Source: Prochlorococcus marinus subsp. pastoris str. CCMP1986 (lineage in GTDB: Bacteria; Cyanobacteriota; Cyanobacteriia; PCC-6307; Cyanobiaceae). From it: a stretch of 32,000 nucleotides of DNA. The notes below the pieces were generated by a model. It was not told where the DNA came from and did not search any database. It saw nothing but the letters and a program-made list of their open reading frames with translations. Where the stretch lies: positions 1,260,001 to 1,292,000 of the forward strand of contig NC_005072.1 of the NCBI RefSeq assembly GCF_000011465.1, in the 5' to 3' direction. Numbering within the stretch: the stretch's first letter is position 1; each line of letters opens with the position of its first letter. The translations under genes and the position numbers were made by a program. This document shows, one piece after another, positions 19,736-29,713 of the stretch.

Positions 19736-20974
19736 TTAATTGTCAAACCTTTTAATTATTTTCTTGCCAATTTGCAATATTTTGCCTGATAAATCCTCTT
19801 TTGAATCAAAAACAAGATCTGGATTTACTAATTTATAACTATCGATTTTTACACCCCCACCTTTAATAGATCTTTTTGATTCGCTACTAGATTTAAATAA
19901 GTTTAATGAGCTTAACAAATAAAAAAATTTCACAGGAAACACAATTTCTTTTAAAGAAATTATTGGAATCTCTCCAACTTTTTCTTTAAGTCCTAAAAAA
20001 AGTTTTTCACAATTAGATTGTGCTCTTAATGCTTCTTCTTTTCCATGATAAAGGGACGTGACTTCCAAGGCCATCCGTCTTTGCAAATCTCGAGGATTAT
20101 TGTCTTTAAGGAGAGTTAAATCTAATTCTGTAAGCAATTCAAAATAGGATGGAATAATATTATCTGGAACTTTTTCTAGTTTCGAATACATTGATAGTGA
20201 ATCCTCGCTCAAGCCAACAGTATTAGATTCTGATTTACTCATTTTTTTAATTCCATCCAATCCAGTTAAAATTGGAAGCAATATTCCATATTGTGGTTCT
20301 TGTTTAAAGTGTCTTTGCAAATCTCTTCCTATTGCAATATTAAATTTCTGATCTGTACCACCAAGTTCAATATCTGAATTCACTGCCACTGAATCATAGC
20401 CTTGAAGTAATGGGTATAAAAATTCATGTAATGCAATTGGAGTTTGAGAGTTATATCTCTTATTAAATTCTTCCTTGGCGAGCATCTGGCTAACAGTAGC
20501 GCTTCCCATTAATTCAATAATTGAATTAAGATTTAGATTTTTTAACCACTCACTGTTGTATCTAATTTCTATCCTATCTTCTGAATCAAAATCTAAAATA
20601 GATTTATCAGATGATTTACCCATCCCAAGTTGATTTAAATATGTTTTTGAATTTTCCTTAACCTCTTCTTCGGATAGTTGAACTCTTGTTTTATTTTTTC
20701 CTGTTGGATCTCCTATTTGTGCAGTAAAATCTCCAATTATTAGTACCGCAACATGACCATTATCTTGAAAAGCTCTGAGTTTTTTAAACAAGATACTATG
20801 ACCAAGATGAATATCAGTTCCTGTTGGGTCTATACCAAGTTTTACTCTTAATTTACTTTTACTTTTATTCGCATCATTGATTTTAGATGAAAGTGTTTGA
20901 TCAAAATTTCTGAGTGGAAATGATTCTTCTATTCCCCGGAGGAGCCATTTTGGTAATTCAAATTTATCTACCAT
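19736..20974 (-). CDS. tyrS: tyrosine--tRNA ligase
   Basis: Class I signatures [13 protein letters not shown] (HIGH) and KMSKS. C-terminal S4-like segment [11 protein letters not shown]. Confidence 0.96.
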
Positions 20975-20995
20975 AAAAAATTCAATTTTAGAAAG

Positions 20996-21319
20996 TTAAG
21001 AACTCTTATCAAGTTCTTCCTTCATTCTTATCAAGGTTTTATTCATTTGATCGAACATTTGATCAGGAGTAATTCCAAATTGGCTTAACTGCGTCTTTAA
21101 CTGTTCTACAGTCATTTTAGCTTGAAAATCTTCTGACAATTCGAACCTTTTCATAAAAACTTTATATCGATCCATAAGTGATTCCATTTTCTTTATAAAC
21201 ATAACTTTTCCTTCTCTATCAAATTTCCCATAATCAGAACCTAGTTTCATCAGTTCTTGATAATCTGTAAAAAGCTTTTTAGCTTCTTCTTGAACTATAT
21301 CTGACTCGAAAAAGCTCAT
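20996..21319 (-). CDS. conserved hypothetical small helical protein (cyanobacterial, possibly DUF1825-like)
   Basis: ATG start and 107 aa of charged, helical composition. Lies 21 nt upstream of tyrS on the same strand. No motif recognised. Confidence 0.6.
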   Translation of the reverse strand: MSFFESDIVQEEAKKLFTDYQELMKLGSDYGKFDREGKVMFIKKMESLMDRYKVFMKRFELSEDFQAKMTVEQLKTQLSQFGITPDQMFDQMNKTLIRMKEELDKSS

Positions 21320-21469
21320 TTTTTATTTTAATTAACTTAATAGTTTACTCCTTACCAAGATAACAAGAATCTTTTGAATTAATTATAAGATTAATAAATT
21401 TTTAGTTTATAAATATTTATTTGAATAATAATAATTAAGAATTAAGATTCTAAAACATAATAAACACAT

Positions 21470-22081
21470 TTGGAAAACTCTAATTTAGATAATATTTCAA
21501 AGAAAAATAAGCAATTTGAGTTATTTAGTTCCGCATTAGATACCTCAAGTAATCTGCCTTTCTCAAATAATCTTAAAGTTAGAAGTAAAACCTTAATGGA
21601 TTGGCGAAATAGAATTTCTGATTATCAATCTAAAATTGTGGAAGATAACCAAAATGACATTTTTCAACATTCGATTATTCCAGAGAACGATACTATTTAT
21701 CATGAAAGAATTCACCCCTTTTCATTACAAGGATTATCGTTAAATTTTTGGAGAACAAATCAATTCGTACATAATGGTCCAGCTATGTATTTTGTAATTG
21801 ATACGATAGGTAGCTCTCAAATAATTCTCTATATAGGGGAAACTAATTCAGCTAATAAAAGATGGAAAGGTGAGCATGACTGCAAAAATTACCTTAGTAA
21901 CTATAAAGAAGCGCTAACATATAACAATCTAACTAATCAGTTAGATATACGTTTTTTTTTAGATGTCCCCAAAGAAGCCAAATCAAGACGTAGATTAGAA
22001 CAGAAACTAATATATTTATGGATGCCACCATTTAATAAAGAAACTAGAAATAGATGGTCAACTACTTTTACAAACAATTAA
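21470..22081 (+). CDS. hypothetical protein with a GIY-YIG-like nuclease core in its C-terminal half
   Basis: Residues ~103-190 (nt ~21776-22039) read GPAMYFVIDTIGSSQIILYIGETNSANKRWKGEH....RRRLEQKLIYLWMPPFNKE. This fits the GIY..YIG-x-T-x5-R-x4-H ... E ... N pattern. The start is uncertain: TTG at 21470, next in-frame ATG at codon 43. Confidence 0.6.
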   Translation: MENSNLDNISKKNKQFELFSSALDTSSNLPFSNNLKVRSKTLMDWRNRISDYQSKIVEDNQNDIFQHSIIPENDTIYHERIHPFSLQGLSLNFWRTNQFVHNGPAMYFVIDTIGSSQIILYIGETNSANKRWKGEHDCKNYLSNYKEALTYNNLTNQLDIRFFLDVPKEAKSRRRLEQKLIYLWMPPFNKETRNRWSTTFTNN

Positions 22082-22103
22082 AATTAATTAAATCTTTATC
22101 AAA

Positions 22104-23579
22104 ATGCAATTTTCAACTTTCCAACAAGATCTTAATACTTGGCAAGGTTCTTCATTAATATTTGGAATTGTTGAGGAGGATCTTAAGAATCAATTACAAA
22201 AAATTAATTTCATTATTGATTCAAAGCTATTACTAGAAAAAATAAATCAAAAAAAGTTCAACGGAGAAAAAGGTAAGATATTAAACTTTGATTTTTTTGA
22301 TCAAAGGTTGCAAACTCTGAAGATTATCGGTCTTGGAGAAAGCAAAAATATAAACAGTAATGATATTAAAAATTCTCTAGCAGATGTTATAAGAAAAAGT
22401 TCTGATAAAGAAGAAAAAATTAGTATCTTGTTTCCTTGGGAATTAATAAATTCTCCAGAAGAAATTCAATCTTTTGGAGAATCAGCAAGATTATCAGCCT
22501 ACAAAGATAATCGATTCAATAGCAAAAGAGATGATAAAAAAGTTCTTAACGAAATAGAATTTTTAAATTTAAATAAATTTAAAAATATAAACTTCAATGA
22601 AACCGAATATATTTGTGAAGGCGTTGAGCTAGCAAGGAGGCTTGTAGCTGCTCCCCCAAATAGTCTTACTCCGCTAGAGATGTCTATACAAGCCTCAAAG
22701 ATAGCTAAAGACCATGGTTTAGAAATTAAAATCCTTGAAAAAAATGAATGTGAAGATTTAGGTATGGGTGCATATTTAGCAGTAGCCAAAGGTTCTGATT
22801 TAGAACCTAAATTTATACATTTAACTTTAAAATCGACAAGTCCTGTAAAAGAAAAGATTGCATTAGTTGGTAAAGGTTTAACCTTTGATTCAGGAGGATA
22901 TAACCTAAAAGTTGGAGCTTCCCAAATTGAAATGATGAAATATGACATGGGAGGTAGCGCGGCAGTTCTTGGTGCCGCCAAAGCACTCGGAGCTATAAAA
23001 CCAGATGGATTAGAAATACACTTTATCGTGGCAGCTTGTGAGAATATGATAAATGGATCAGCTGTACATCCTGGAGATGTTATAAAAGCTTCAAATGGCA
23101 AGACAATTGAAATTAATAATACTGATGCTGAGGGTAGACTTACATTGGCTGATGCATTAACTTACGCATCAAATCTAAAACCTGATTCAATTATTGATCT
23201 TGCTACATTGACTGGTGCAATTGTTGTTGCACTAGGAAATGATGTGGCCGGTTTTTGGACCAATAACAATATGATGGCAAGTGACTTAAAAACAGCATCA
23301 TCCCAAGCTGGAGAGGAATTATGGCAAATGCCTTTACAAAAATCTTATAAAGATGGTCTTAAGTCTCACATTGCCGACATGAAAAATACTGGCCCAAGGG
23401 CTGGTGGATCCATAACAGCTGCATTATTTTTAGAGGAATTTTTTGATAAAAATATAAAGTGGGCTCATATTGACATCGCTGGAACTTGTTGGACTGACAA
23501 AAATAGAGGTATTCATCCATCAGGAGCTACAGGATATGGAGTTAAAACTTTAGTCCAATGGATTAAAAATAAAAGATGA
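22104..23579 (+). CDS. pepA: leucyl aminopeptidase (M17)
   Basis: Motifs [29 protein letters not shown] and DLATLTGA. Confidence 0.95.
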   Translation: MQFSTFQQDLNTWQGSSLIFGIVEEDLKNQLQKINFIIDSKLLLEKINQKKFNGEKGKILNFDFFDQRLQTLKIIGLGESKNINSNDIKNSLADVIRKSSDKEEKISILFPWELINSPEEIQSFGESARLSAYKDNRFNSKRDDKKVLNEIEFLNLNKFKNINFNETEYICEGVELARRLVAAPPNSLTPLEMSIQASKIAKDHGLEIKILEKNECEDLGMGAYLAVAKGSDLEPKFIHLTLKSTSPVKEKIALVGKGLTFDSGGYNLKVGASQIEMMKYDMGGSAAVLGAAKALGAIKPDGLEIHFIVAACENMINGSAVHPGDVIKASNGKTIEINNTDAEGRLTLADALTYASNLKPDSIIDLATLTGAIVVALGNDVAGFWTNNNMMASDLKTASSQAGEELWQMPLQKSYKDGLKSHIADMKNTGPRAGGSITAALFLEEFFDKNIKWAHIDIAGTCWTDKNRGIHPSGATGYGVKTLVQWIKNKR

Positions 23580-23591
23580 GATGAAAAATAA

Positions 23592-24194
23592 TTATTCAGA
23601 CCAAACATTAATTGATCTAGCATTTTCTTTCCATAATTTGTCCAATTGCTGATCTCTTCCACAAGAGAATCTATAGAATTTATATTTTAATTCATTTCTA
23701 TTAGCAAAATCCTGATGATATGCTTCCGCTTCCCAGAACTGACTTTTTGGTTTTAGTTCAACATTAATTTTTTCTAAATTAACCCCTAATTCCTTTGAAG
23801 CAGAAAGGAGAGATTTTCTAGCTTCATTCTTTTCGTCTGAATTTTCAAAAAAGATTACTGGCCTATAAGAATCTCCTCTGTCACAAAATTGGCCACCTCC
23901 ATCAAGTGGATCAATATTTCTAAAATATAACCTGTATATTTCTGATAAAGTTACTACTTCTGAATCATAATTTACTAAAACCACTTCTTGATGACCATTA
24001 TGATTTTCATATGTAGGTTTTTGCAAATCCCCTCCAGAGTATCCACTTATTACTGAAGTTATACCTCTTAATGATTCTAAATCATGTTCTAAACACCAAA
24101 AACATCCTCCGGCTAGTACTACATCTTCAGCGAAAGTATTTATAGGATTTACGAGTATTGAAAATACAATAATTAATGAGAAAAGATACTTCAT
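23592..24194 (-). CDS. msrA: peptide-methionine (S)-S-oxide reductase MsrA with an N-terminal signal peptide
   Basis: Active-site motif GGCFWCLE, plus GYSGG and HQDF. It is preceded by MKYLFSLIIVFSILVNPINTFA|ED, which looks like a Sec signal peptide. Confidence 0.92.
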   Translation of the reverse strand: MKYLFSLIIVFSILVNPINTFAEDVVLAGGCFWCLEHDLESLRGITSVISGYSGGDLQKPTYENHNGHQEVVLVNYDSEVVTLSEIYRLYFRNIDPLDGGGQFCDRGDSYRPVIFFENSDEKNEARKSLLSASKELGVNLEKINVELKPKSQFWEAEAYHQDFANRNELKYKFYRFSCGRDQQLDKLWKENARSINVWSE

Positions 24195-24210
24195 TTTTTA
24201 ATTATAAACA

Positions 24211-25389
24211 TCAAATTAAAGAATTTATAATTTCTTCCGCTGCTCTTTTTACTACACCTTCTTGACCTAACTCTTTTTTTAAATCCGCATAACCTTTTGA
24301 AATTTTTTCTTTTTCTGATTTGCGATCTAATATTTTACAGGCCTTATCATATATTTTTTTTACCTCAAAATCTTTTTGAACGAATTCAGGAATAATTCTT
24401 TTTTTTACTAGTAAATTAACTGGAGAAATAAATTTAACTTTAAAATTGAGAATTTTTTTTGCAATAAAAGCTGTAACTCTACTTACTCTATATCCAACGA
24501 TTTGAGGTAACCCATATAAAGCTAATTCCATATTTACCGTTCCTGATTTACATAGGGCTAATTTAGTTAAAGAATAAATATGAGTTTTTAATTCTTCGAT
24601 ATCTGTTTGAGATATAACTTTACCTTTAACTTTAAAATGATCTAAAGCTAATTTAAATTTAGAATCAAAAACTTCTCTACAAGATGGTATATAAACAATA
24701 AGACTTGGATATTTTTGTTGTAATTTTCTTGCTACTTGCATAAAAACAGGTAACACATATCTTAATTCTTGAGGTCTTGATGCTGGCATTATTAACAAGA
24801 TGTTTTCATTTGCTCTAAGCTTAAGGATTTTTCTAGAATCTTTTTTGGTAGGAATTTTTTTTATCAAATCGATCATTGGATGTCCAATCCATAAAACATT
24901 TCCACCTCGTCTTTTATAAAAATTTGCTTCTTGTTTAAAAATTGCAAAAATCCTGTCCGAAAAACTTATCAAGTCTGTAGTCGAATTATTACCAACTCGC
25001 CAAGCCCACTCTTGAGGGGCGATATAATAGTAAATTGGGATTTTATTCTTCTCACTTTTTAATTTTCTTCCAATTTTAATATTAGGACCCATATAGTCTA
25101 TTAAGACTAAGCAATTCGGTGATAAATTTTTAAGTGATTTATAAAATTTTTTTTGTATTTGAATTGTTGGGATAATGAGTGGCAAAGCCTCCCAAACACC
25201 TATGGCACTTATAGAAGTAGTATCTTGCAAAATTTTTACACCCTCTTTTCGCATTCTTTCTCCACCCAAACCACATATTTCTAAATCAATCGAACGTTTT
25301 TCAGCTTCATTAAATAATGCATTAGCTAATAAACCTCCATGTAAATCTCCTGAAACTTCTCCGGTGCTTATGAATATCTTTCTATTCAT
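24211..25389 (-). CDS. lpxB: lipid-A-disaccharide synthase
   Basis: N-terminal IFISTGEVSGDLHG and GT19-like layout. Its ATG overlaps the lpxA stop (ATGA). Confidence 0.9.
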   Translation of the reverse strand: MNRKIFISTGEVSGDLHGGLLANALFNEAEKRSIDLEICGLGGERMRKEGVKILQDTTSISAIGVWEALPLIIPTIQIQKKFYKSLKNLSPNCLVLIDYMGPNIKIGRKLKSEKNKIPIYYYIAPQEWAWRVGNNSTTDLISFSDRIFAIFKQEANFYKRRGGNVLWIGHPMIDLIKKIPTKKDSRKILKLRANENILLIMPASRPQELRYVLPVFMQVARKLQQKYPSLIVYIPSCREVFDSKFKLALDHFKVKGKVISQTDIEELKTHIYSLTKLALCKSGTVNMELALYGLPQIVGYRVSRVTAFIAKKILNFKVKFISPVNLLVKKRIIPEFVQKDFEVKKIYDKACKILDRKSEKEKISKGYADLKKELGQEGVVKRAAEEIINSLI

Positions 25390-26216
25390 AAATTAATTGA
25401 AGGCATTGGTCCTCTTCTTTTATTAGATATTGAATCTTTTAAAAAATTACATAATTTGCTAGATGAAAAGTCTAATTTTTCTTTCATCGCTATTTCCAAT
25501 GAAATAGATATTACACCATTAGATTTAAATAATAAATTCCAGGTATTTTGTAATAATTTCAAATCAAAATCTTTATTTTTCATCAACCCACTTCTTTTAA
25601 TTCCTACCCTATTTAAGCCTCTCAATCTACCAGGATGACCCTCAGCCAAGCAAAAAGGAGGTACATCTCTATCTACTCTAGTCATTCCACCTATCATTGC
25701 CAGATATCCTACATGTACAAATTGATGGATACCTAAACACCCTCCAATAATTGCATTATCTTCAACTGTTACATGACCAGCAACCTGGACACTATTTGAC
25801 AAAACAATTCCATTACCAATTTCACAATTATGACCAATATGTGTATAAGCCATTAATAAATTATTATTCCCAATAATCGTTTTTTCTCCTTCATCAGTTG
25901 CCTTATTAATAGTTACACATTCTCTAAAAGTATTATTATCCCCAATAATCACCTCTGTAGATGCACCCTTATATTTAAGGTCTTGAGGTTCAAGTCCAAT
26001 GAAAACATTTGGAAAAACTTTATTATTTTTACCTATTTTTGTTTTCCCTTCAATAACAGCATTAGGGCCTATTTGAGTACCTGAATCTATTACGACTTTT
26101 GGCCCGATAATAGCTCCACTAGCAATAGAAACTCCATCATGTAACTCTGCACTTGAATCAACCAATGCATTTGGATGAACTATTGCACCTTTAAAATTAG
26201 TATTTTTAATCTCCAT
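25386..26216 (-). CDS. lpxA: acyl-ACP--UDP-N-acetylglucosamine O-acyltransferase
   Basis: Left-handed beta-helix hexapeptide repeats throughout (IHPNALV, IGPKVVI, IGPNAVI..), then GGMTRVDRDVPPF and GLNRVGIKRSG. I prefer the ATG at 26216. The track's TTG at 26228 would overlap fabZ. Confidence 0.9.
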   Translation of the reverse strand: MEIKNTNFKGAIVHPNALVDSSAELHDGVSIASGAIIGPKVVIDSGTQIGPNAVIEGKTKIGKNNKVFPNVFIGLEPQDLKYKGASTEVIIGDNNTFRECVTINKATDEGEKTIIGNNNLLMAYTHIGHNCEIGNGIVLSNSVQVAGHVTVEDNAIIGGCLGIHQFVHVGYLAMIGGMTRVDRDVPPFCLAEGHPGRLRGLNRVGIKRSGLMKNKDFDLKLLQNTWNLLFKSNGVISISLEIAMKEKLDFSSSKLCNFLKDSISNKRRGPMPSINL

Positions 26217-26220
26217 GTTT

Positions 26221-26679
26221 TTAATCAACTAATGAAAACATTAATTCGCCTGAGCAAACCAACTTCCCATCAACATGAGCTTCACCTTTTACCTTCCCAA
26301 ATCTTTGTCTCTTTATACTTAATAACTCGCAAGTAATTACTAACTGGTCTCCAGGTACTACTGGCCTTCTAAATTTGACATTATTAATACCTGCAAATAC
26401 AAAAAGTCCTTTGGGAAGGTCAGGCATTTGAGTTACGATTATTCCCCCTACTTGAGCCATTGCTTCAACAATAAGCACCCCAGGCATTAAAGGTCTCTCT
26501 GGGAAATGGCCCTGAAATTGAGGCTCATTTATAGTCACATTTTTCAATGCAACAGCTTTTTTGCCTGGGACATGTTCTATAACTCTATCTATAAGAGCGA
26601 AAGGAAATCTATGAGGCAAAAGACCTAATATTTCCTCAGAAGATAGTTGATTATTTTCAGTCGATAATTGTTGTTCCAA
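26221..26679 (-). CDS. fabZ: 3-hydroxyacyl-ACP dehydratase FabZ
   Basis: Motifs [13 protein letters not shown] and [25 protein letters not shown] start; there is no in-frame ATG before the catalytic region. Confidence 0.94.
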   Translation of the reverse strand: MEQQLSTENNQLSSEEILGLLPHRFPFALIDRVIEHVPGKKAVALKNVTINEPQFQGHFPERPLMPGVLIVEAMAQVGGIIVTQMPDLPKGLFVFAGINNVKFRRPVVPGDQLVITCELLSIKRQRFGKVKGEAHVDGKLVCSGELMFSLVD

Positions 26680-26696
26680 AACTTAAGAAAATAAAG

Positions 26697-27533
26697 TTAA
26701 TTTTTTAGTGATGAGGCTAATAAAGCATTCAAAGAATGTGATCCTTTATAGACTAAAATTTGAGCCTTAGGTAACCCTACCAAAGCCAAGTCCCCAATAA
26801 GATCTAAAATTTTATGTCTTATAGGTTCATTACTAAATCTTAGTGGAGGATTAACCCATTTATCCCCATCACATACAAGAGCATTTTCTAAACTGCCCCC
26901 TTTTATTAATCCCAATTCACTTAATTCTTGAAATTGGTCCTTAAAACCAAATGTACGAGCAGGAGCAATATTTTCCACAAAACTTTTTGGGTTTAAATCT
27001 ATTACATAAGTTTGATTTCCAATTGCTTTATAAGAAAAATTTATAGTTGAGATAATTGTAATTTTATTAGATGGAGTTAAAGCGATAACTGAACTATCTT
27101 TATTAAATATCATTGATTTATTAACCTCTCTTATAAAGTTTTTTGGTTTAGGAACTCTTTTAATACCAACCTCTTCAAATGCCTTAACCCATTGAATTGC
27201 TGATCCATCGAGTAATGGGATTTCCTTCCCATCAACTTCAATATGAATATAACTCAATCCACAACCTGCTAATGATGATAATAAGTGTTCAATAGTATAT
27301 AAATTTCTCCCCGCTAATTTGACTGCAGTACATAACATAGTGCTGCCAATTAAATTTTGATTTAACTGAAAAATATCGTCTGGCTTATCTGAGAAAGAAA
27401 CATAAAAACCCTCTTTTTCAAACGGTGAAATTTTTATTCTTGTTTTTTCACCACTATGAAGTCCTACACCCTCTTTGGTGATAACACCAGAGAGGGTGTA
27501 ACAGGAATCATAATTAGAAGGCCAAGAAAACAC
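26697..27533 (-). CDS. lpxC: UDP-3-O-acyl-N-acetylglucosamine deacetylase
   Basis: Motifs GVGLHSGEK, TIEHLLSSLAG and HKILDLIGDL. The GTG start directly abuts the bamA stop (TAA-GTG with no spacer). Confidence 0.92.
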   Translation of the reverse strand: MFSWPSNYDSCYTLSGVITKEGVGLHSGEKTRIKISPFEKEGFYVSFSDKPDDIFQLNQNLIGSTMLCTAVKLAGRNLYTIEHLLSSLAGCGLSYIHIEVDGKEIPLLDGSAIQWVKAFEEVGIKRVPKPKNFIREVNKSMIFNKDSSVIALTPSNKITIISTINFSYKAIGNQTYVIDLNPKSFVENIAPARTFGFKDQFQELSELGLIKGGSLENALVCDGDKWVNPPLRFSNEPIRHKILDLIGDLALVGLPKAQILVYKGSHSLNALLASSLKN

Positions 27534-29675
27534 TTAAAATTTCCATCCAACTCCGAGATTATATCTCCAATCACCACTTAAGTCTTTACTAGCAACATCC
27601 AATCTTAGAGGTCCAATTGGTGTCTTAATACCGACCCCTCCTCCGAGAGAATAACCAGAACCCGATTTTTCTAATAATTTACCTGGTTTACCTGGAACGT
27701 CATCTTGGGATCCTAAATCACTTCCAAAATCAGCGAATAAAGCTCCTGATATCATTCTCCAGACGGGGAAGCGGTATTCAGCAGTTGCTTCCGCAAAACT
27801 TTTACTTACAGAAAGATCACAGGAGCCCCAACCTCTTACAGAGGAAGAACCTCCCATACAAAATGCTTCATAAGGAGGTAAATCCCCAATAATTGTTCCA
27901 GCTTTAAATTCGAATCCAATAGTTTGAGGGCAATCACTATTAACAACCTCACTGGACTTACATCCTTTAGTAAGGTTTATCAATTTTGTTGGGATAAAAA
28001 ATGCATATGTTGCTCTTACTCTATTAAAGGTCGGAGAGTTATTTCCCATTGAAATAAATTGTTCACTACCAAGACTAAATTTATTTCCTGAAGTTGGATT
28101 AATTGAATTATTAAAATTATTCCTTGTGGTCGAGCCAATAAAACTAACTAGTGTATTTTCAGAAGGGCATGAACCATCTTTAGGTGAATAACCAATACAA
28201 AAAATTTCATCACCTTCAGTCGTTGGAGTTTTATCTCCATAGGGTTTTAGATTTCCATCACTATCAATCATTTTTACTTGTTTAAAATTCATCCCGGCAA
28301 GAACTCTCCATTTTGTTTCTTTAAAAGGATCACCACCGTTAAGAGGTCTTGAGAATGAGAATCCACCTCCCGTTTTTTCTAAAACTATTGATGAGAAAGT
28401 ATCATTACTCTCTGTTGTTGTATCGTCAACCGCATAAATTCTTCCGTGATTTTCACTTTTAAATTCTTGAGGATAATCTCGACTTAAAAAAACATTTGTC
28501 CTAAAAGAAGTCTTATACTTATCACCTTTTATCCAAGGGTCAGATAAAGAAAAGTTATAAGTTGTTGAGTATTCGCCAAAATTAAGGTTGATATTTGTTG
28601 ACCATGCTCTTCCTAAAGCATTAGTTTCTGACAATCCCATTTGTGCAAAGATACCAGAACCATTACTGTAACCTAAACCACCTGTTAGGGAACCTGTTCT
28701 TTGCTCACTCAAATCTAAGAAAATTAAAACTTTTCCAGGATTTTTAATATCCGGACCAAGAGAAACTTTGACATCATCAAACAGGGATGTGGCATAAAGT
28801 CTTTTTATATCGGCTTCTAATATTGTTCTATTAAATATAGAGCCTGGGATTGTCTTCAATTCTCTCTTTATGACCCAATCTTTTGTTTTACCTTTCCTAG
28901 GCTTCCCATCTACAACAGATTCTCCATCTGATCCAATAAACCTAAATTCAATATCAGAAATTATTCCTTCCTCTACATTTAAAATGATAACTCCATCACC
29001 AGATATTCTTTCAGGACCATTTATTCTTGAGAGAGAATAACCCTTTTCTGTGTACCATTTTTTAATCAAATTTATTCTATTTTGAAGTTCATTTAAATTC
29101 AGAGTGGTCCCATAATACTTGGTAAAAACATTGTCCACAAATTCATTAGGAATAATTGTATTTTTCGGATTAAGTTTGACTTTTTTTAGGATTGGATTAG
29201 GTACAACGCTTACTATCAGCCTTACTCCAAGTGGACCATCTTGAGACTTAATCTTTACCCCTGAGAACCAACCACTTGCATAGATTGAATTTAAATCATT
29301 TTTTAATTTTTTATTATTAATAACGCTTCCAGGCTTGATAGTCATAGAATCATAAGCTGCTAACTCTAACTTTCTACCTTCAGGATGATTTTCCCATCCT
29401 TCAATAATTATTTCTGAAATGAGTACATTCTCTTCAGAATCTCTTTTGCCATTATCTACGATTAATACATTATTCTTTTTCGCAAAATTAAAAGCTGATA
29501 TCCGATTATTTAAATATTGATTTGTATTTTTATTATTGATTTTAATTTTTTTAAATTCTCCTTCTTTATAAAGCAAATCCCTAGCAGCTAATTCTGAATT
29601 ATTTGAAATAAAAATAAAAGAGAAATAAGCCATGCTTGTAAAGGCTTTTGTAAATTTTGAAAGATTATTTCGCAT
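27534..29675 (-). CDS. bamA: outer-membrane protein assembly factor, Omp85/BamA family (cyanobacterial Toc75 homolog)
   Basis: Signal-like N-terminus, POTRA-type repeats (e.g. ISEIIIEGW.., VILNVEEGIISDIEF), a Gly/aromatic-rich beta-barrel half, and a C-terminal ..LGVGWKF ending in Phe. Confidence 0.9.
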   Translation of the reverse strand: MRNNLSKFTKAFTSMAYFSFIFISNNSELAARDLLYKEGEFKKIKINNKNTNQYLNNRISAFNFAKKNNVLIVDNGKRDSEENVLISEIIIEGWENHPEGRKLELAAYDSMTIKPGSVINNKKLKNDLNSIYASGWFSGVKIKSQDGPLGVRLIVSVVPNPILKKVKLNPKNTIIPNEFVDNVFTKYYGTTLNLNELQNRINLIKKWYTEKGYSLSRINGPERISGDGVIILNVEEGIISDIEFRFIGSDGESVVDGKPRKGKTKDWVIKRELKTIPGSIFNRTILEADIKRLYATSLFDDVKVSLGPDIKNPGKVLIFLDLSEQRTGSLTGGLGYSNGSGIFAQMGLSETNALGRAWSTNINLNFGEYSTTYNFSLSDPWIKGDKYKTSFRTNVFLSRDYPQEFKSENHGRIYAVDDTTTESNDTFSSIVLEKTGGGFSFSRPLNGGDPFKETKWRVLAGMNFKQVKMIDSDGNLKPYGDKTPTTEGDEIFCIGYSPKDGSCPSENTLVSFIGSTTRNNFNNSINPTSGNKFSLGSEQFISMGNNSPTFNRVRATYAFFIPTKLINLTKGCKSSEVVNSDCPQTIGFEFKAGTIIGDLPPYEAFCMGGSSSVRGWGSCDLSVSKSFAEATAEYRFPVWRMISGALFADFGSDLGSQDDVPGKPGKLLEKSGSGYSLGGGVGIKTPIGPLRLDVASKDLSGDWRYNLGVGWKF

Positions 29676-29713
29676 AATATTTTAAAGACTAGATAGATTA
29701 AAAGTCGTTTGAA

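Noticed and set aside
22499-23101. 200-aa antisense ORF inside pepA
   Set aside because: It lies fully inside a strongly supported M17 aminopeptidase gene. Its Ala/Pro/Ser-rich, low-information translation is typical of a shadow frame opposite a coding region.
26217-26228. TTG start for lpxA at 26228, overlapping fabZ
   Set aside because: An ATG four codons downstream (26216) gives a normal LpxA N-terminus. The TTG remains possible, so this was kept only as a note.
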